Made by a program: the position numbers and the translations under genes
Notes under the pieces: generated by a model
What the model was told of the DNA's origin: nothing
Seen by the model: only the letters and a program-made list of their open reading frames with translations
Database searches by the model: none
Source of the DNA: Candidatus Uhrbacteria bacterium RIFCSPLOWO2_01_FULL_47_17
GTDB lineage: Bacteria > Patescibacteriota > Patescibacteriia > UBA9934 > GWF2-40-263
Direction of reading: 5' to 3'
Assembly (NCBI GenBank): GCA_001791305.1
Contig: MGEI01000004.1
Span: 129,804 to 193,803 of the forward strand
Length of the DNA stretch: 64,000 nucleotides
In this document: piece by piece, positions 28,538-37,506 of the stretch
Layout: each line of letters begins with the position of its first letter
Position numbering within the stretch: position 1 is the stretch's first letter

Positions 28538-29950
28538 ATGAAAACCATTCGCGAATTATCAAAAGCATTACAGGAACGAACTCTCACCAGTGAAGAACTG
28601 GTGCGTTCTTGTTTGAAAAAGATAGAAGAGGAAAACGAAGCGTTGAACGCGTTCATTTGGGTTTCGGGAACGGCCATTGATGAGGCGAAGGAAATTGATC
28701 TTCGTCGAGAGGCGGGCGAGGAACTTTCTGTCCTCGCGGGAATTCCGATTGCGGTGAAGGACAACATTCTTGTTCAAGGTTGGGAGATTACGGCAGGTTC
28801 GCAGATTCTCGAGAATCATAAAGGCGCTTACGATGCGACCGTTATCGAGAGACTCAAGAACGCAGGCGCGATTTTGATCGGGCGCACAAACATGGATGAA
28901 TTCGCCATGGGTTCTTCGACAGAAACCTCGCACTACGGTTCCACGAAGAATCCACATGATCGCACAAAAGTTCCAGGTGGATCGAGTGGCGGATCGGCCG
29001 TCGCGGTTGCGGCAGGATTTGTTCCGTGCGCCCTCGGATCCGATACTGGTGGATCTGTTCGCCAACCCGCATCACTTTGTGGTGTTGTTGGTCTCAAACC
29101 AACCTACGGCCGTGTCTCTCGATATGGGTTGATCCCAATGGCGTCGAGTCTTGATCAGATCGGACCGTTTACGAATACGATCGAGGATGCCGCGCTCGTG
29201 ATGGAAGTGATCGAAGGGAAGGATGAAAATGACGCGACTTCGATCGAACTTGCCTCGACAACCGCGCCAGAACTTATTGAACCGGATGTAAAAGGATTGC
29301 GCATTGGACTTCCAAAAGAATATTTTGTGGAAGGCATGGATGAAGAAATTCGCATGCGCATCGACGAGGCGGTGAAGAAGTTCGAAGCCGCGGGTGCGAT
29401 CATTAAAGAAGTTTCGTTGCCGCACGCGAAGTATGCCCTCGCGGCGTATTACATCGTTGCGCCATCCGAGATCACCTCGAACTTGGGTCGCTTTGACGGT
29501 CTTCGTTACGGCTATCACTCACAAGGCAGCAACCTTCTCGACACGTATGAGCGAACACGCGGCGAAGGATTCGGACCAGAAGTAAAACGCCGCATCATGC
29601 TCGGCTCGTACACGCTCTCGGCTGGTTATTACGACGCCTATTACAAAAAAGCACTTCAAGTTCGATCACTGATTAAACAAGATTTCGACGAGGCGCTCAA
29701 AGAAGTGGATGTAATTCTCACACCAACGAGCCCATCGGTCGCCTGGGACCTCGGCGCAAAGTTCGATGATCCGATCACCATGTATCTCTCGGATATCTAC
29801 ACCATCACCGCCAACCTTGCTGCCATTCCCGCAATCTCCATTCCGTGTGGAACCGCGCACGGCTTACCCGTCGGACTTCAGCTCATGGGCAAGGCGTTTG
29901 ATGAACACATGTTGTATAGAGCAGGAATGTGGTTTGAGAAAAATACATGA
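28538..29950 (+). CDS. gatA: Asp/Glu-tRNA(Asn/Gln) amidotransferase subunit A
   Basis: Amidase signature [14 protein letters not shown] and Ser-cisSer-Lys triad context. Confidence 0.9.
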   Translation: MKTIRELSKALQERTLTSEELVRSCLKKIEEENEALNAFIWVSGTAIDEAKEIDLRREAGEELSVLAGIPIAVKDNILVQGWEITAGSQILENHKGAYDATVIERLKNAGAILIGRTNMDEFAMGSSTETSHYGSTKNPHDRTKVPGGSSGGSAVAVAAGFVPCALGSDTGGSVRQPASLCGVVGLKPTYGRVSRYGLIPMASSLDQIGPFTNTIEDAALVMEVIEGKDENDATSIELASTTAPELIEPDVKGLRIGLPKEYFVEGMDEEIRMRIDEAVKKFEAAGAIIKEVSLPHAKYALAAYYIVAPSEITSNLGRFDGLRYGYHSQGSNLLDTYERTRGEGFGPEVKRRIMLGSYTLSAGYYDAYYKKALQVRSLIKQDFDEALKEVDVILTPTSPSVAWDLGAKFDDPITMYLSDIYTITANLAAIPAISIPCGTAHGLPVGLQLMGKAFDEHMLYRAGMWFEKNT

Positions 29951-30693
29951 TTCCTTGGTTTCAATTTACAGTAATCCATTTTGGATTTTTGACGATTCAC
30001 GTCTGGGGCCTCTTGGTTGCGCTCGGTATTTTTTGTGCAACATGGGTCGCTTCTCGAAAAGCAAAACGCGACGGATTAAATCCCAACATTGTTTGCGATT
30101 TTGCGTTTTGGGTGATTCTCGGCGCATTTCTCGGTGCGCGCTTGTTCATGATCGTTTATGAGCCATCTGTGTATCTTGCGAATCCTGTCGAGCTGCTAAA
30201 AGTTTGGCAGGGCGGTTACTCGGAAATGGGTGGATTTCTTGGAGCGGTGATTGTGTTATTGATGTATTTTCGATCGAAGAAACTCGACGCATGGCGCTAT
30301 GCTGGATGTGTCGCGTATGCACTTCCTCTTGGATTCGGCATCGGTCGTATCGGCTGTTTCCTCATTCACGATCATCCAGGAACACTCACACACTTCATTT
30401 TAGGAGTTCGATATCCAGACGGTGTTCGACACGACCACGGGCTTTATCTCTCGATCGAGGGATTTCTTCTCTTTCTTTTATTTGTGTTTCTCGACCGTAA
30501 GCATGCGAAGCCGCAAACCTTTGTCGTTGCTTTTTTAATTCTCCACGGCATCATGCGTTTCTTTTTAGATTTTTTGCGTGCAATCGATGTGCGCTATTTT
30601 TTCCTCACTCCCGCACAATTCATTTCGATTGCCATGGTTTTAGCTGGTTTCGGACTTCTTTGCGTTCCTTTTTATAGATTAAAGCGGTCTTGA
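29947..30693 (+). CDS. lgt: prolipoprotein diacylglyceryl transferase
   Basis: Multi-TM; Lgt signature region GFGIGRIGCFLIHDHPG and Y/H-rich loops. Confidence 0.8.
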   Translation: MIPWFQFTVIHFGFLTIHVWGLLVALGIFCATWVASRKAKRDGLNPNIVCDFAFWVILGAFLGARLFMIVYEPSVYLANPVELLKVWQGGYSEMGGFLGAVIVLLMYFRSKKLDAWRYAGCVAYALPLGFGIGRIGCFLIHDHPGTLTHFILGVRYPDGVRHDHGLYLSIEGFLLFLLFVFLDRKHAKPQTFVVAFLILHGIMRFFLDFLRAIDVRYFFLTPAQFISIAMVLAGFGLLCVPFYRLKRS

Positions 30694-30717
30694 TTCATCG
30701 TTCCTATCATGTTATTC

Positions 30718-30755
30718 TCCCGAAGCTTACAGGTCGTAAGCTTTGCTCTTTTCTC
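30718..30755 (+). terminator. intrinsic terminator after lgt
   Basis: aagcttac-aggtcg-taagctt hairpin followed by a T-rich stretch. Confidence 0.45.
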
Positions 30756-30771
30756 AAACGCAAGGAAACTC

Positions 30772-31275
30772 ATGCGTAACCGTACAGCGGTTGTCATGTT
30801 CTGCGGTCCGCTTCTTGAAAGCGGCAACGTCGAAACTCGTCGTATTTCGACGGCCATCAAGTGTGCTTTGGATGAACGCGTCCCTCTCGTGATCGTAGGT
30901 GATCCTGAACGTCGTACAGAACTGGAGTTGTACGAAAGCATGGCACATGAGCATGCCGTCATGTCTGTCGCAACGGTGTTTGCAAAAGATTCGCTGACAG
31001 AGTCTTATGCAAGCGCGCTTGCACAGCATCTGCAGCAACACCACCTTCCGAAGCTGACGGAAGTCTATCTTGTGACCGATCATTGGCACATGAACTGCGG
31101 GGAACTCATGCTCTATGCATGTTTGCAGGAAGCGGGTCTGCCGATCGTGGTCAATCGCATGGAAGTGAAGTCCGCGATTGAAGCGTCACGCAGTGTTCGC
31201 GATGCCGCACATGCAGAACTCGCCATCTTCGCCAAGAAAAAATTGGGCGTCGATCTTGTTCGTGCGCACGCGTAG
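30772..31275 (+). CDS. hypothetical protein, DUF218/YdcF-like (tentative)
   Basis: AAGGAA SD then ATG 30772; 167 aa; PLVIVGDPERR and VTDHWHM segments loosely resemble DUF218 proteins. Confidence 0.4.
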   Translation: MRNRTAVVMFCGPLLESGNVETRRISTAIKCALDERVPLVIVGDPERRTELELYESMAHEHAVMSVATVFAKDSLTESYASALAQHLQQHHLPKLTEVYLVTDHWHMNCGELMLYACLQEAGLPIVVNRMEVKSAIEASRSVRDAAHAELAIFAKKKLGVDLVRAHA

Positions 31276-31289
31276 GCCGTCCCAAACTC

Positions 31290-31331
31290 AAAACCACCCA
31301 TAGCCTCTGGCGACGGGTGGTCTTTTCTTTA
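31290..31331 (+). terminator. intrinsic terminator
   Basis: accaccc-atagcctctggcgac-gggtggt hairpin + T-run. Confidence 0.55.
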
Positions 31332-31766
31332 TCCCCATAATCCTTTTTTTGGTTCGTCTTTCTTTCCATGGGTACCCACAAGGGGCACCCCTACATTCGT
31401 ATTCAACTCCGTCATCTTCCAGTGATTCACCCAGGCCACAATATATTTCATTTCTTGCTCCACAAGCGGACCTTCATATTCGCCTCCGTGCGCGTGTGTC
31501 CCTTCATAACTTCCCGCTTTTTGATCTAAGTGCAGATTCACTTGGAGTCCGCCATCTTTATCTTCCACATACGCGTGATATCGCGGAAAGTCCCCGCCGG
31601 ATACGCGTTTTATAAACGCGGTTTGGCCAGAGAATTTGTTTTGTTCCCCATACCCAAGTTTGCGCAACAAGTTACGCGCATTATCCGTAAGTGGACCCGG
31701 AATAAATGTTTTCATACAGCCCCAGCGTAGCGCATTTTTCGAAATAAAAAAAGCGACTGTTACCAA
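31329..31766 (-). CDS. hypothetical protein (145 aa)
   Basis: ORF start overlaps the upstream ICMT-like gene stop by 7 nt (possible coupling); contains HAYVEDKDGGLQVNLHLDQK; C-terminal codons are built from repeat copy 3. Confidence 0.4.
   Translation of the reverse strand: MVTVAFFISKNALRWGCMKTFIPGPLTDNARNLLRKLGYGEQNKFSGQTAFIKRVSGGDFPRYHAYVEDKDGGLQVNLHLDQKAGSYEGTHAHGGEYEGPLVEQEMKYIVAWVNHWKMTELNTNVGVPLVGTHGKKDEPKKGLWG
31370..31394 (+). repeat. 25-nt near-palindromic repeat, copy 3: GGGTACCCACAAGGGGCACCCCTAC
   Basis: Identical to rc of copy 1 except one base; lies within the 3' end of the minus-strand ORF 31329..31766. Confidence 0.85.
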
Positions 31767-32341
31767 ATAAACGGCACAAGCATTTTTGAACTCTTTTTGT
31801 ATTCAGAATATTCCGCAGGGAACTGAGCGGTCATTAATGCTTCTTCTTTTTGGATACGTAGAAGAAATCCAATGAGATTTAATACAACCGCAATGTAAGC
31901 GGCAAATGTTCCGATTGCGAGGGCTGTTCCAATGGTGGCAAAAAGCCAACCGGTATAAATCGGATGACGGACGAATTGATAGGGTCCCAATGTAATGAGT
32001 TTGTGATCAGCTTTGAGGGTGATGACTGCACCTGACCAATTTTTGCCGAGGAATACACGCGCCCAGATCGCGAATGCGACCCCTGCAATGGTGAGGAGGA
32101 CGCCGATCGCGCCGAACCACACAGTTTGGCTTGTGGCTGGATACGCGAGAAGACCTTTGAAAAATGGGTTGAACAAAAAATAATAGGAGCTGAATAAGAG
32201 CGTATTTGCAATAAGTTGCAAATACGGATTTGGAAGTTTGGTTGTTTTTTTATTTCTGAAAAAACCAAAAAACCAAACAGTCAGCAGAACGATCCATAAT
32301 AATTCAGAAATGGTGACAAAAATGGTTTGCATACGACACAT
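31760..32341 (-). CDS. isoprenylcysteine carboxyl methyltransferase (ICMT) / phospholipid methyltransferase family membrane protein
   Basis: 5-6 TM; C-terminal FVRHPIYTGWLF...EE motif characteristic of the ICMT/PEMT family. Confidence 0.65.
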   Translation of the reverse strand: MCRMQTIFVTISELLWIVLLTVWFFGFFRNKKTTKLPNPYLQLIANTLLFSSYYFLFNPFFKGLLAYPATSQTVWFGAIGVLLTIAGVAFAIWARVFLGKNWSGAVITLKADHKLITLGPYQFVRHPIYTGWLFATIGTALAIGTFAAYIAVVLNLIGFLLRIQKEEALMTAQFPAEYSEYKKSSKMLVPFIW

Positions 32342-32367
32342 AGCGTAACGTATTTCTCAGAAAGAAA

Positions 32368-32395
32368 AAAGCGACCTTATTGAGGTCGCGAAGGG
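32368..32395 (-). terminator. intrinsic terminator for the minus-strand receiver gene
   Basis: gcgacct-tattg-aggtcgc hairpin preceded by A6 on + (T-run on -). Confidence 0.5.
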
Positions 32396-32406
32396 AAGGG
32401 GGTGTC

Positions 32407-32763
32407 CTACAAAAGCGCGAGGGCTTCGAAAATTCTGTCCGGAAGATTGCGGCGTTCTGCAAAGACTGTGCAACCTGCCTGAATCATTTGCAATTGACGC
32501 GGATAATCCGGCGCAATGCCGATGATTGGTTTTCTGAACGTTTGGCGAATCCGCTGAATGAACGGAACGGCGTTGAGACTTTTTCCATCTTGGAATGATT
32601 CGACCGCGATGAGGGCAAACGTGGGTTTTTCATCAAGAGCGATTTGAGCGTCCTCAAGGGACAAGGCGCTTTCCACATGAAAGCGATTACCCATTTCTAC
32701 TTTCCACGTCTCGTGCAACGAAAGATCACTATCCACGATCAAAATTCGACGCTTACGTGGCAT
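32407..32763 (-). CDS. single-domain response-regulator receiver protein
   Basis: ATG at 32763 with GAGGAGAAG SD; MPRKRRILIVDSD...FALIAVESFQDG...IGIAP resembles CheY-like REC. Confidence 0.5.
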   Translation of the reverse strand: MPRKRRILIVDSDLSLHETWKVEMGNRFHVESALSLEDAQIALDEKPTFALIAVESFQDGKSLNAVPFIQRIRQTFRKPIIGIAPDYPRQLQMIQAGCTVFAERRNLPDRIFEALALL

Positions 32764-32827
32764 GTTCTTCTCCTCAGAAATGCGCCTGCACTTTAGCAAA
32801 AATTGAGGATTTGTCAAGAGAATCCCC

Positions 32828-34243
32828 TCAGGATTCAATGGACTCATTTGTATCTGGTTCGTACATGTTGAGTGGTACAGAACCTTGTGACCATGCCTCC
32901 ACAATAGGATCAATGAAGCGCCACATTGCCTTGAGTTCTGTCGTATTTACAAAGAGTGTTTGGTCGCCGCGTACGGCATCAAGAAGAACTTGCGCATACT
33001 CCTCAACGTACTGTGCTATGGAATCTTTTGGGCGCAGCAAGAAGTCGAGTGTGCGAGATTCCATTTCCATTGTAGCTCCAGGTTTTTTTGCAACGAATTC
33101 GATCTTGATCGCTTCATCTGGCTGCATGGAAATGAGAATGCGGTTTTTTGAATGTCCGTCCGTGGGACACAAACAAGGGGCTGGGTGTTTGAGTGTGATG
33201 ATGATTTGTTTTTTAAGATTGCCAATGCGTTTTCCCGCGTCGAGAATGAATGGAACGCCACGCCAGCGAGGCATATCGATTTCCGCTTCGATGCGAAAGT
33301 ACGTTTCAGTCTGTGAATTTGGACCGACTCCCACGATTTCTTGATATCCATTGTATTGAGCACGATAGGTGTTCGATGCGATTTCGATAGGCGATAATGG
33401 CTTCAAATGTGTGAGTACATCCGCGCGAGCATCTCGAACCGCATCCGGATCTAGACTCGAAGGTTTTTCCATGGCAATGAGCGCGAGGAGTTGAAGTAAG
33501 TGATTTTGCCCAACATCGCGAAGGGTGCCGACGGAATCATAAAACGCGCCGCGTTTCTCGACACCGAGCGTCTCGTGCAAATGAATTTGAACGGATTCGA
33601 TTCCTTGCGCATTCCAAACGGGTTCAAAGATGTCGTTTCGAAATCGAAACGCAAGAATATTTCGAACCATTTCTTTTGCAAGATAATGCTCGATGCGGTA
33701 GATCTGCTCTTCTTTGAATAACTGCGCGAGCTGCTCGTCAATCGCTTCTGCAGTCGCTTGATTTGTCCCGATCGGTTTTTCGACAAGCACTCGTGTCCAT
33801 GAACCCTCTTCACCACAAGATTCTGTGAGTCGAGAAACAGAGAGACTGTTCAAGATTGGATTGTAGAGAGAGGGTGGAACCGCGAGGTAAAAGAGTTTAT
33901 TCGCGCACGTTTTCCACTCGCCGTCGATAAACCCAAGTTTTTCCCCGAGTGGTGTGTAGTCCTCTGGACGGTCGAGCTCGGCGCGTGTGTAGGAGAAGAG
34001 GTTGAGGAAGGTTTGAACTTGTGTTGCCTCGAGGCTGGGCGAGACGTGTTTTTCGAGCATCTCCCGAACATACGTTCGAAAGACATCTGTTGTTTGTTCA
34101 CGACGCGAGAAGCCGATCACGCAAAACATGGCCGGAAGTTGGTTGGATCGGAACAAATGATACAAAGAGGGAATCACTTTGCGGGCGACGACATCACCGG
34201 TTGCGCCGAAAATAACGAGAATCGTTGGACGAGAGGTTTGCAT
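32828..34243 (-). CDS. zwf: glucose-6-phosphate 1-dehydrogenase
   Basis: N-terminal NADP-binding GATGDLA-like (VIFGATGDVVARK), active-site region RIEHYLAKE-like (RIEHYLAKE present), EKP motif. Confidence 0.85.
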   Translation of the reverse strand: MQTSRPTILVIFGATGDVVARKVIPSLYHLFRSNQLPAMFCVIGFSRREQTTDVFRTYVREMLEKHVSPSLEATQVQTFLNLFSYTRAELDRPEDYTPLGEKLGFIDGEWKTCANKLFYLAVPPSLYNPILNSLSVSRLTESCGEEGSWTRVLVEKPIGTNQATAEAIDEQLAQLFKEEQIYRIEHYLAKEMVRNILAFRFRNDIFEPVWNAQGIESVQIHLHETLGVEKRGAFYDSVGTLRDVGQNHLLQLLALIAMEKPSSLDPDAVRDARADVLTHLKPLSPIEIASNTYRAQYNGYQEIVGVGPNSQTETYFRIEAEIDMPRWRGVPFILDAGKRIGNLKKQIIITLKHPAPCLCPTDGHSKNRILISMQPDEAIKIEFVAKKPGATMEMESRTLDFLLRPKDSIAQYVEEYAQVLLDAVRGDQTLFVNTTELKAMWRFIDPIVEAWSQGSVPLNMYEPDTNESIES

Positions 34244-34281
34244 AGGAATATATTCAAAAACAGTTTAGCACACAATGTTCC

Positions 34282-34310
34282 ATTGTCAGTTTTCGGCGAA
34301 TCCTGTATAT
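34282..34310 (+). promoter_or_regulatory. sigma-70-type promoter for tRNA-Ser (TTGTCA-17-TATATT)
   Basis: Hexamers at 34282-34287 and 34305-34310; the tRNA starts 16 nt downstream. Confidence 0.45.
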
Positions 34311-34325
34311 TTTCGCCAGCCTCAT

Positions 34326-34414
34326 GGAGAGGTCGCATAGTTGGTCTAGTGCGCGGTCCTGGAAAGACCGTGTACCGAAAGGTACCGGAGGTTCGAATCC
34401 TCTCCTCTCCGCCA
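34326..34414 (+). tRNA. tRNA-Ser (anticodon GGA), type II with long variable arm
   Basis: Acceptor GGAGAGG/CCTCTCC, anticodon stem CGGTC/GACCG with loop CTGGAAA, variable arm TGTACCGAAAGGTACC, T-arm GGAGG-TTCGAAT-CCTCT, G73, CCA. Confidence 0.9.
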
Positions 34415-34455
34415 GACAAAAATACCGAATATTTACGTTCGGTATTTTTGTTTGG
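34415..34455 (+). terminator. intrinsic terminator after tRNA-Ser
   Basis: aaaataccgaa-tatttacg-ttcggtatttt hairpin + T-run. Confidence 0.65.
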
Positions 34456-34551
34456 CGGAGCCAATTGACTTTTTTCAAAAATTGTTTATACCTGAGCGGA
34501 ATCCTGACAAGGAGTTTGGGTTCGAGTGTCCGTCACTCATGGGAGGATCAC

Positions 34552-35016
34552 ATGTTTCGTCGTGCACTTCGTCGTCTGAAAATGGTTTTTCTTGTGGTGC
34601 CCGAGGATGCCGAGGTGCGTGCGGAAACGTCCGTCGGTTCAAACGCGTTCCAAATCAATGTTGAGTCCACCGAATGGCAGGCACTCTACAAGAATCGTCA
34701 GGAAGGCTCGCATCCCATCGTCGTCATTCGACACAACGGCATTCAATCTTGGCTTCCTCGTTGGGGCGGCGTCTTGCACCATTCATTTGTTGAAAGGCCT
34801 ATCTTTGCCGGCGCTCGTGTCCAATCGTTTTGGAACGTAGGCGCCGTTGAAAAGGTTTCCGCGAACACATATCGCGTGACAGCCTCCAAGGCTTGGGAAG
34901 CGTTTGTCCTTGCCAGCATCAGTGAAATCTTGTCGAGCATGATTGCTTTCTTGGTTTTTGAGGCTCACTTCTACACTTGGTCCCGCTCCTGGAACCGTAG
35001 TCTTCATCATATCTAA
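34552..35016 (+). CDS. hypothetical protein (154 aa), relatively GC-rich
   Basis: TTGACT-16-TATACC promoter-like sequence (34469-34496), strong GGGAGGA SD, ATG 34552; the track ORF 34324.. overlaps the tRNA and is rejected upstream of this ATG. Confidence 0.45.
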   Translation: MFRRALRRLKMVFLVVPEDAEVRAETSVGSNAFQINVESTEWQALYKNRQEGSHPIVVIRHNGIQSWLPRWGGVLHHSFVERPIFAGARVQSFWNVGAVEKVSANTYRVTASKAWEAFVLASISEILSSMIAFLVFEAHFYTWSRSWNRSLHHI

Positions 35017-35017
35017 C

Positions 35018-35046
35018 AGATCCTGTGCGGTCTGTTTTTTTGTTTG
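35018..35046 (+). terminator. intrinsic terminator
   Basis: aacaga-tcctgtgcgg-tctgtt + T7. Confidence 0.5.
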
Positions 35047-35097
35047 CTGGATTGTTTTAAATCTGATAGCCTTCTTTTAATGATAAACACTTCTATT

Positions 35098-35355
35098 ATG
35101 TTAAAAACAAAACAAAAAATCGCGAAACGATCTTCGGAAGCACTCATCACAATCCCGCTTTCAGCGGTGCGATTTATTTCTGGGTATCCAAAAGAGAAAA
35201 AGATTCTCTGTGAAATTACCACAAAAGAATTAAAGAGACTTAATAAACCACAAACATTTGATGAAATGCTTAATGAAGCACGGTTAGATTATGCTCTCGG
35301 TAATTATAAAACAGTTACAAATGCAAAGGACTTGATTACCAGCTTACGTGCGTAA
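35098..35355 (+). CDS. putative antitoxin of a RelE/ParE-type toxin-antitoxin pair (85 aa)
   Basis: Small ORF immediately upstream (6-nt gap) of the RelE/ParE-like toxin gene; AT-rich island. Confidence 0.4.
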   Translation: MLKTKQKIAKRSSEALITIPLSAVRFISGYPKEKKILCEITTKELKRLNKPQTFDEMLNEARLDYALGNYKTVTNAKDLITSLRA

Positions 35356-35361
35356 GCCGGT

Positions 35362-35625
35362 ATGTTCATTAATTTTTCACCGCGGTTTACACGTTCGTAT
35401 AAGAAATTGCCGGAACATCTCAAAAAAGATTTCGATAAGAAAATAGAAATTTTTATTAAGCAACCAAGTCATCCGTCGCTTCATGTTCATAAATTAAAAG
35501 GATCGCTTGAGTCTTGTCATGCATTTTCATTAAAAGATGGGTATCGTGTGTTATTTGAGATTCCAGCACCGCAGACAATCAATTTATTGCAGGTTGGTCC
35601 TCATAAAATTTACAAAGAATATTAA
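35362..35625 (+). CDS. type II toxin-antitoxin system RelE/ParE (YafQ/HigB-like) family toxin
   Basis: FSPRFTRSYKKLPEHLKKDFDKKIEIFIKQPSHPSLHVHKLKGSLESCHAFSLKDGYRVLFEI: consensus layout of RelE-superfamily mRNA interferases. Confidence 0.65.
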   Translation: MFINFSPRFTRSYKKLPEHLKKDFDKKIEIFIKQPSHPSLHVHKLKGSLESCHAFSLKDGYRVLFEIPAPQTINLLQVGPHKIYKEY

Positions 35626-35627
35626 TT

Positions 35628-35650
35628 CGACCCATCCCGGGTCGTTTTGC
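35628..35650 (+). terminator. intrinsic terminator
   Basis: cgaccc-atcc-cgggtcg + TTTT. Confidence 0.55.
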
Positions 35651-35685
35651 TTTTAGGGGGAAAATCCGATAAGCTTCACTTAATT

Positions 35686-37461
35686 ATGGATCCAAAAGAC
35701 GAAATCAAGGCAAAGCTCGATATCGTCGCCGTGATTGGTGAATATTTGGAATTGAAGCCCGCTGGTATGCATGGGTTTCGTGCTTTGTGTCCGTTTCATG
35801 CCGAGAAGTCCGCTTCGTTTCATGTGTCGTCTGATCGCCAGATCTTTCACTGCTTTGGTTGTGGCGAAGGCGGCGATATTTTTACGTTTGTGCAGAAAAT
35901 GGAAGGAATGGATTTTCCCGAAGTGCTCATGCATCTCGGACAAAAGGCAGGAGTTGAGATTAAACGTTTCTCGACGACCGAGGGAAATACAAAGCAACGC
36001 TTGATGGGTATTCACGAACTTGCCACTTCGTTTTATAAAAAGGTTTTGTCGAGCTCGAGTGGTTCACACGTTGCGCGTGAGTATCTTGCAAATCGTGGAA
36101 TCACGTCCGAGCTCATTGATCGATTCGAAATTGGATTTGCCCCAGATGATTGGAGCATGCTTTCGGACGCACTCTTGAAACGCGGCTTCTCGGAAGCAGA
36201 ACTTGTACAGGCCGGACTCTCAATCAAGAAAAAGTCGGGAATCGGAGTCCTCGACCGATTTCGCGCGCGCATTATGATTCCGCTTCGTGATCAACATGGC
36301 AATACGGTTGGATTTACGGGACGCCAATTACCGGGTGCCGACTCGAACATGGGGAAGTATGTCAATTCGCCAGAGACGCTAATCTATCATAAAGGTCGAC
36401 TCGTCTACGGACTCGATCTTGCAAAGCGCGCCATCAAAGATCACAAGTGTCTCATCATTATGGAAGGGAATTTGGATGTCGTCGCCTCGAATAAAATTGG
36501 TGTTCAACATGTTGTCGCAAGTTCTGGAACTGCGCTTACACAAGAACAACTTGAACTTATCAAACGATACACTGATACGGTCGTCTTTTGTTTTGATCGT
36601 GACGCAGCTGGACTCACCGCTGCAAAGAAAGGTGTGACCATTGCGCGTTCACTTAGCTTTGATGTTCGCGCGATCTCACTTCCAACGGATGTAAAAGATC
36701 CCGATGATCTTGTTCAAAAGAATCCAGAGGTTTGGAAAAAGCTTTCGAATGAATCGATCCCATTCATGCAGTATTTATTTGATCGAACCTTGTTTTCTCG
36801 AGACATCTCGAATGTGGATCACAAGCGACTCATCTCGCAAGAACTTCTTCCCGCCATTAGTGAAATTTCAGATGTCGTTGAGCGAGAACATTGGCTTGCA
36901 AAGCTCGCTTCACTTTTGAATATTGATCTTGCGATTCTTCGAACGGCCATCCATCCAAAATTGGAAAAGTCCGTTATTAAAACGAACACAAATAGTGTTC
37001 ATCCAATTAAGCTTGGAAAAAAAGATCAGGTGCTTCTTGTGCTTATTGGTTCCATTTTGAATGATGAGCTCAATCGAGACTATGTTCGAAAACAGCTCGA
37101 GTTGACGGTCATCGACCATGAACAGATCGCGAACCTTTACAAATTCTTAGAAGAGACATACACTTCAGACATTGAGACAGCAAAAACAAAGTCCTTTTTT
37201 GCAAAAGCTCGAAATCTTCTCCAAAGCGATCCATCGAAGGAAACCCTTCTTTCCTTGCTTGATCAATCAAGCCTGATTGCAGAACAACAGTTCGAGAATC
37301 TTTCGCCCGCTTCTTGTCTCACACAATTGAATACGCTTTTCGAGACCCTGCACGCAACCGATCGTCAATCAAAACGATCCATCCTCGCACAAAAACTTCG
37401 CCAAGCAGAAGACGCCGGCGATGTTGAGGCTGTGAACAAATTATTGTCGGAGCTTAATTAG
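35686..37461 (+). CDS. dnaG: DNA primase
   Basis: Zinc-binding domain CPFHAEKSASFHVSSDRQIFHCFGCGEGGD, TOPRIM (EGNLDV...FDRDAAG); the track ORF starts at TTG 35647 and the first ATG is 35686. Confidence 0.85.
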   Translation: MDPKDEIKAKLDIVAVIGEYLELKPAGMHGFRALCPFHAEKSASFHVSSDRQIFHCFGCGEGGDIFTFVQKMEGMDFPEVLMHLGQKAGVEIKRFSTTEGNTKQRLMGIHELATSFYKKVLSSSSGSHVAREYLANRGITSELIDRFEIGFAPDDWSMLSDALLKRGFSEAELVQAGLSIKKKSGIGVLDRFRARIMIPLRDQHGNTVGFTGRQLPGADSNMGKYVNSPETLIYHKGRLVYGLDLAKRAIKDHKCLIIMEGNLDVVASNKIGVQHVVASSGTALTQEQLELIKRYTDTVVFCFDRDAAGLTAAKKGVTIARSLSFDVRAISLPTDVKDPDDLVQKNPEVWKKLSNESIPFMQYLFDRTLFSRDISNVDHKRLISQELLPAISEISDVVEREHWLAKLASLLNIDLAILRTAIHPKLEKSVIKTNTNSVHPIKLGKKDQVLLVLIGSILNDELNRDYVRKQLELTVIDHEQIANLYKFLEETYTSDIETAKTKSFFAKARNLLQSDPSKETLLSLLDQSSLIAEQQFENLSPASCLTQLNTLFETLHATDRQSKRSILAQKLRQAEDAGDVEAVNKLLSELN

Positions 37462-37462
37462 A

Positions 37463-37503
37463 CTTCTCTGCACGCCAGCAACGGCAGAGAGGCGAATTTT
37501 TTT
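37463..37503 (+). terminator. intrinsic terminator between dnaG and rpoD
   Basis: ctctgc-acgccagcaacg-gcagag hairpin + T-run. Confidence 0.5.
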
Positions 37504-37506
37504 CGT

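Noticed and set aside
34324-34551. 5' part of track ORF 34324..35016
   Set aside because: It overlaps tRNA-Ser and its terminator. The gene is called from the SD-preceded ATG at 34552 instead.
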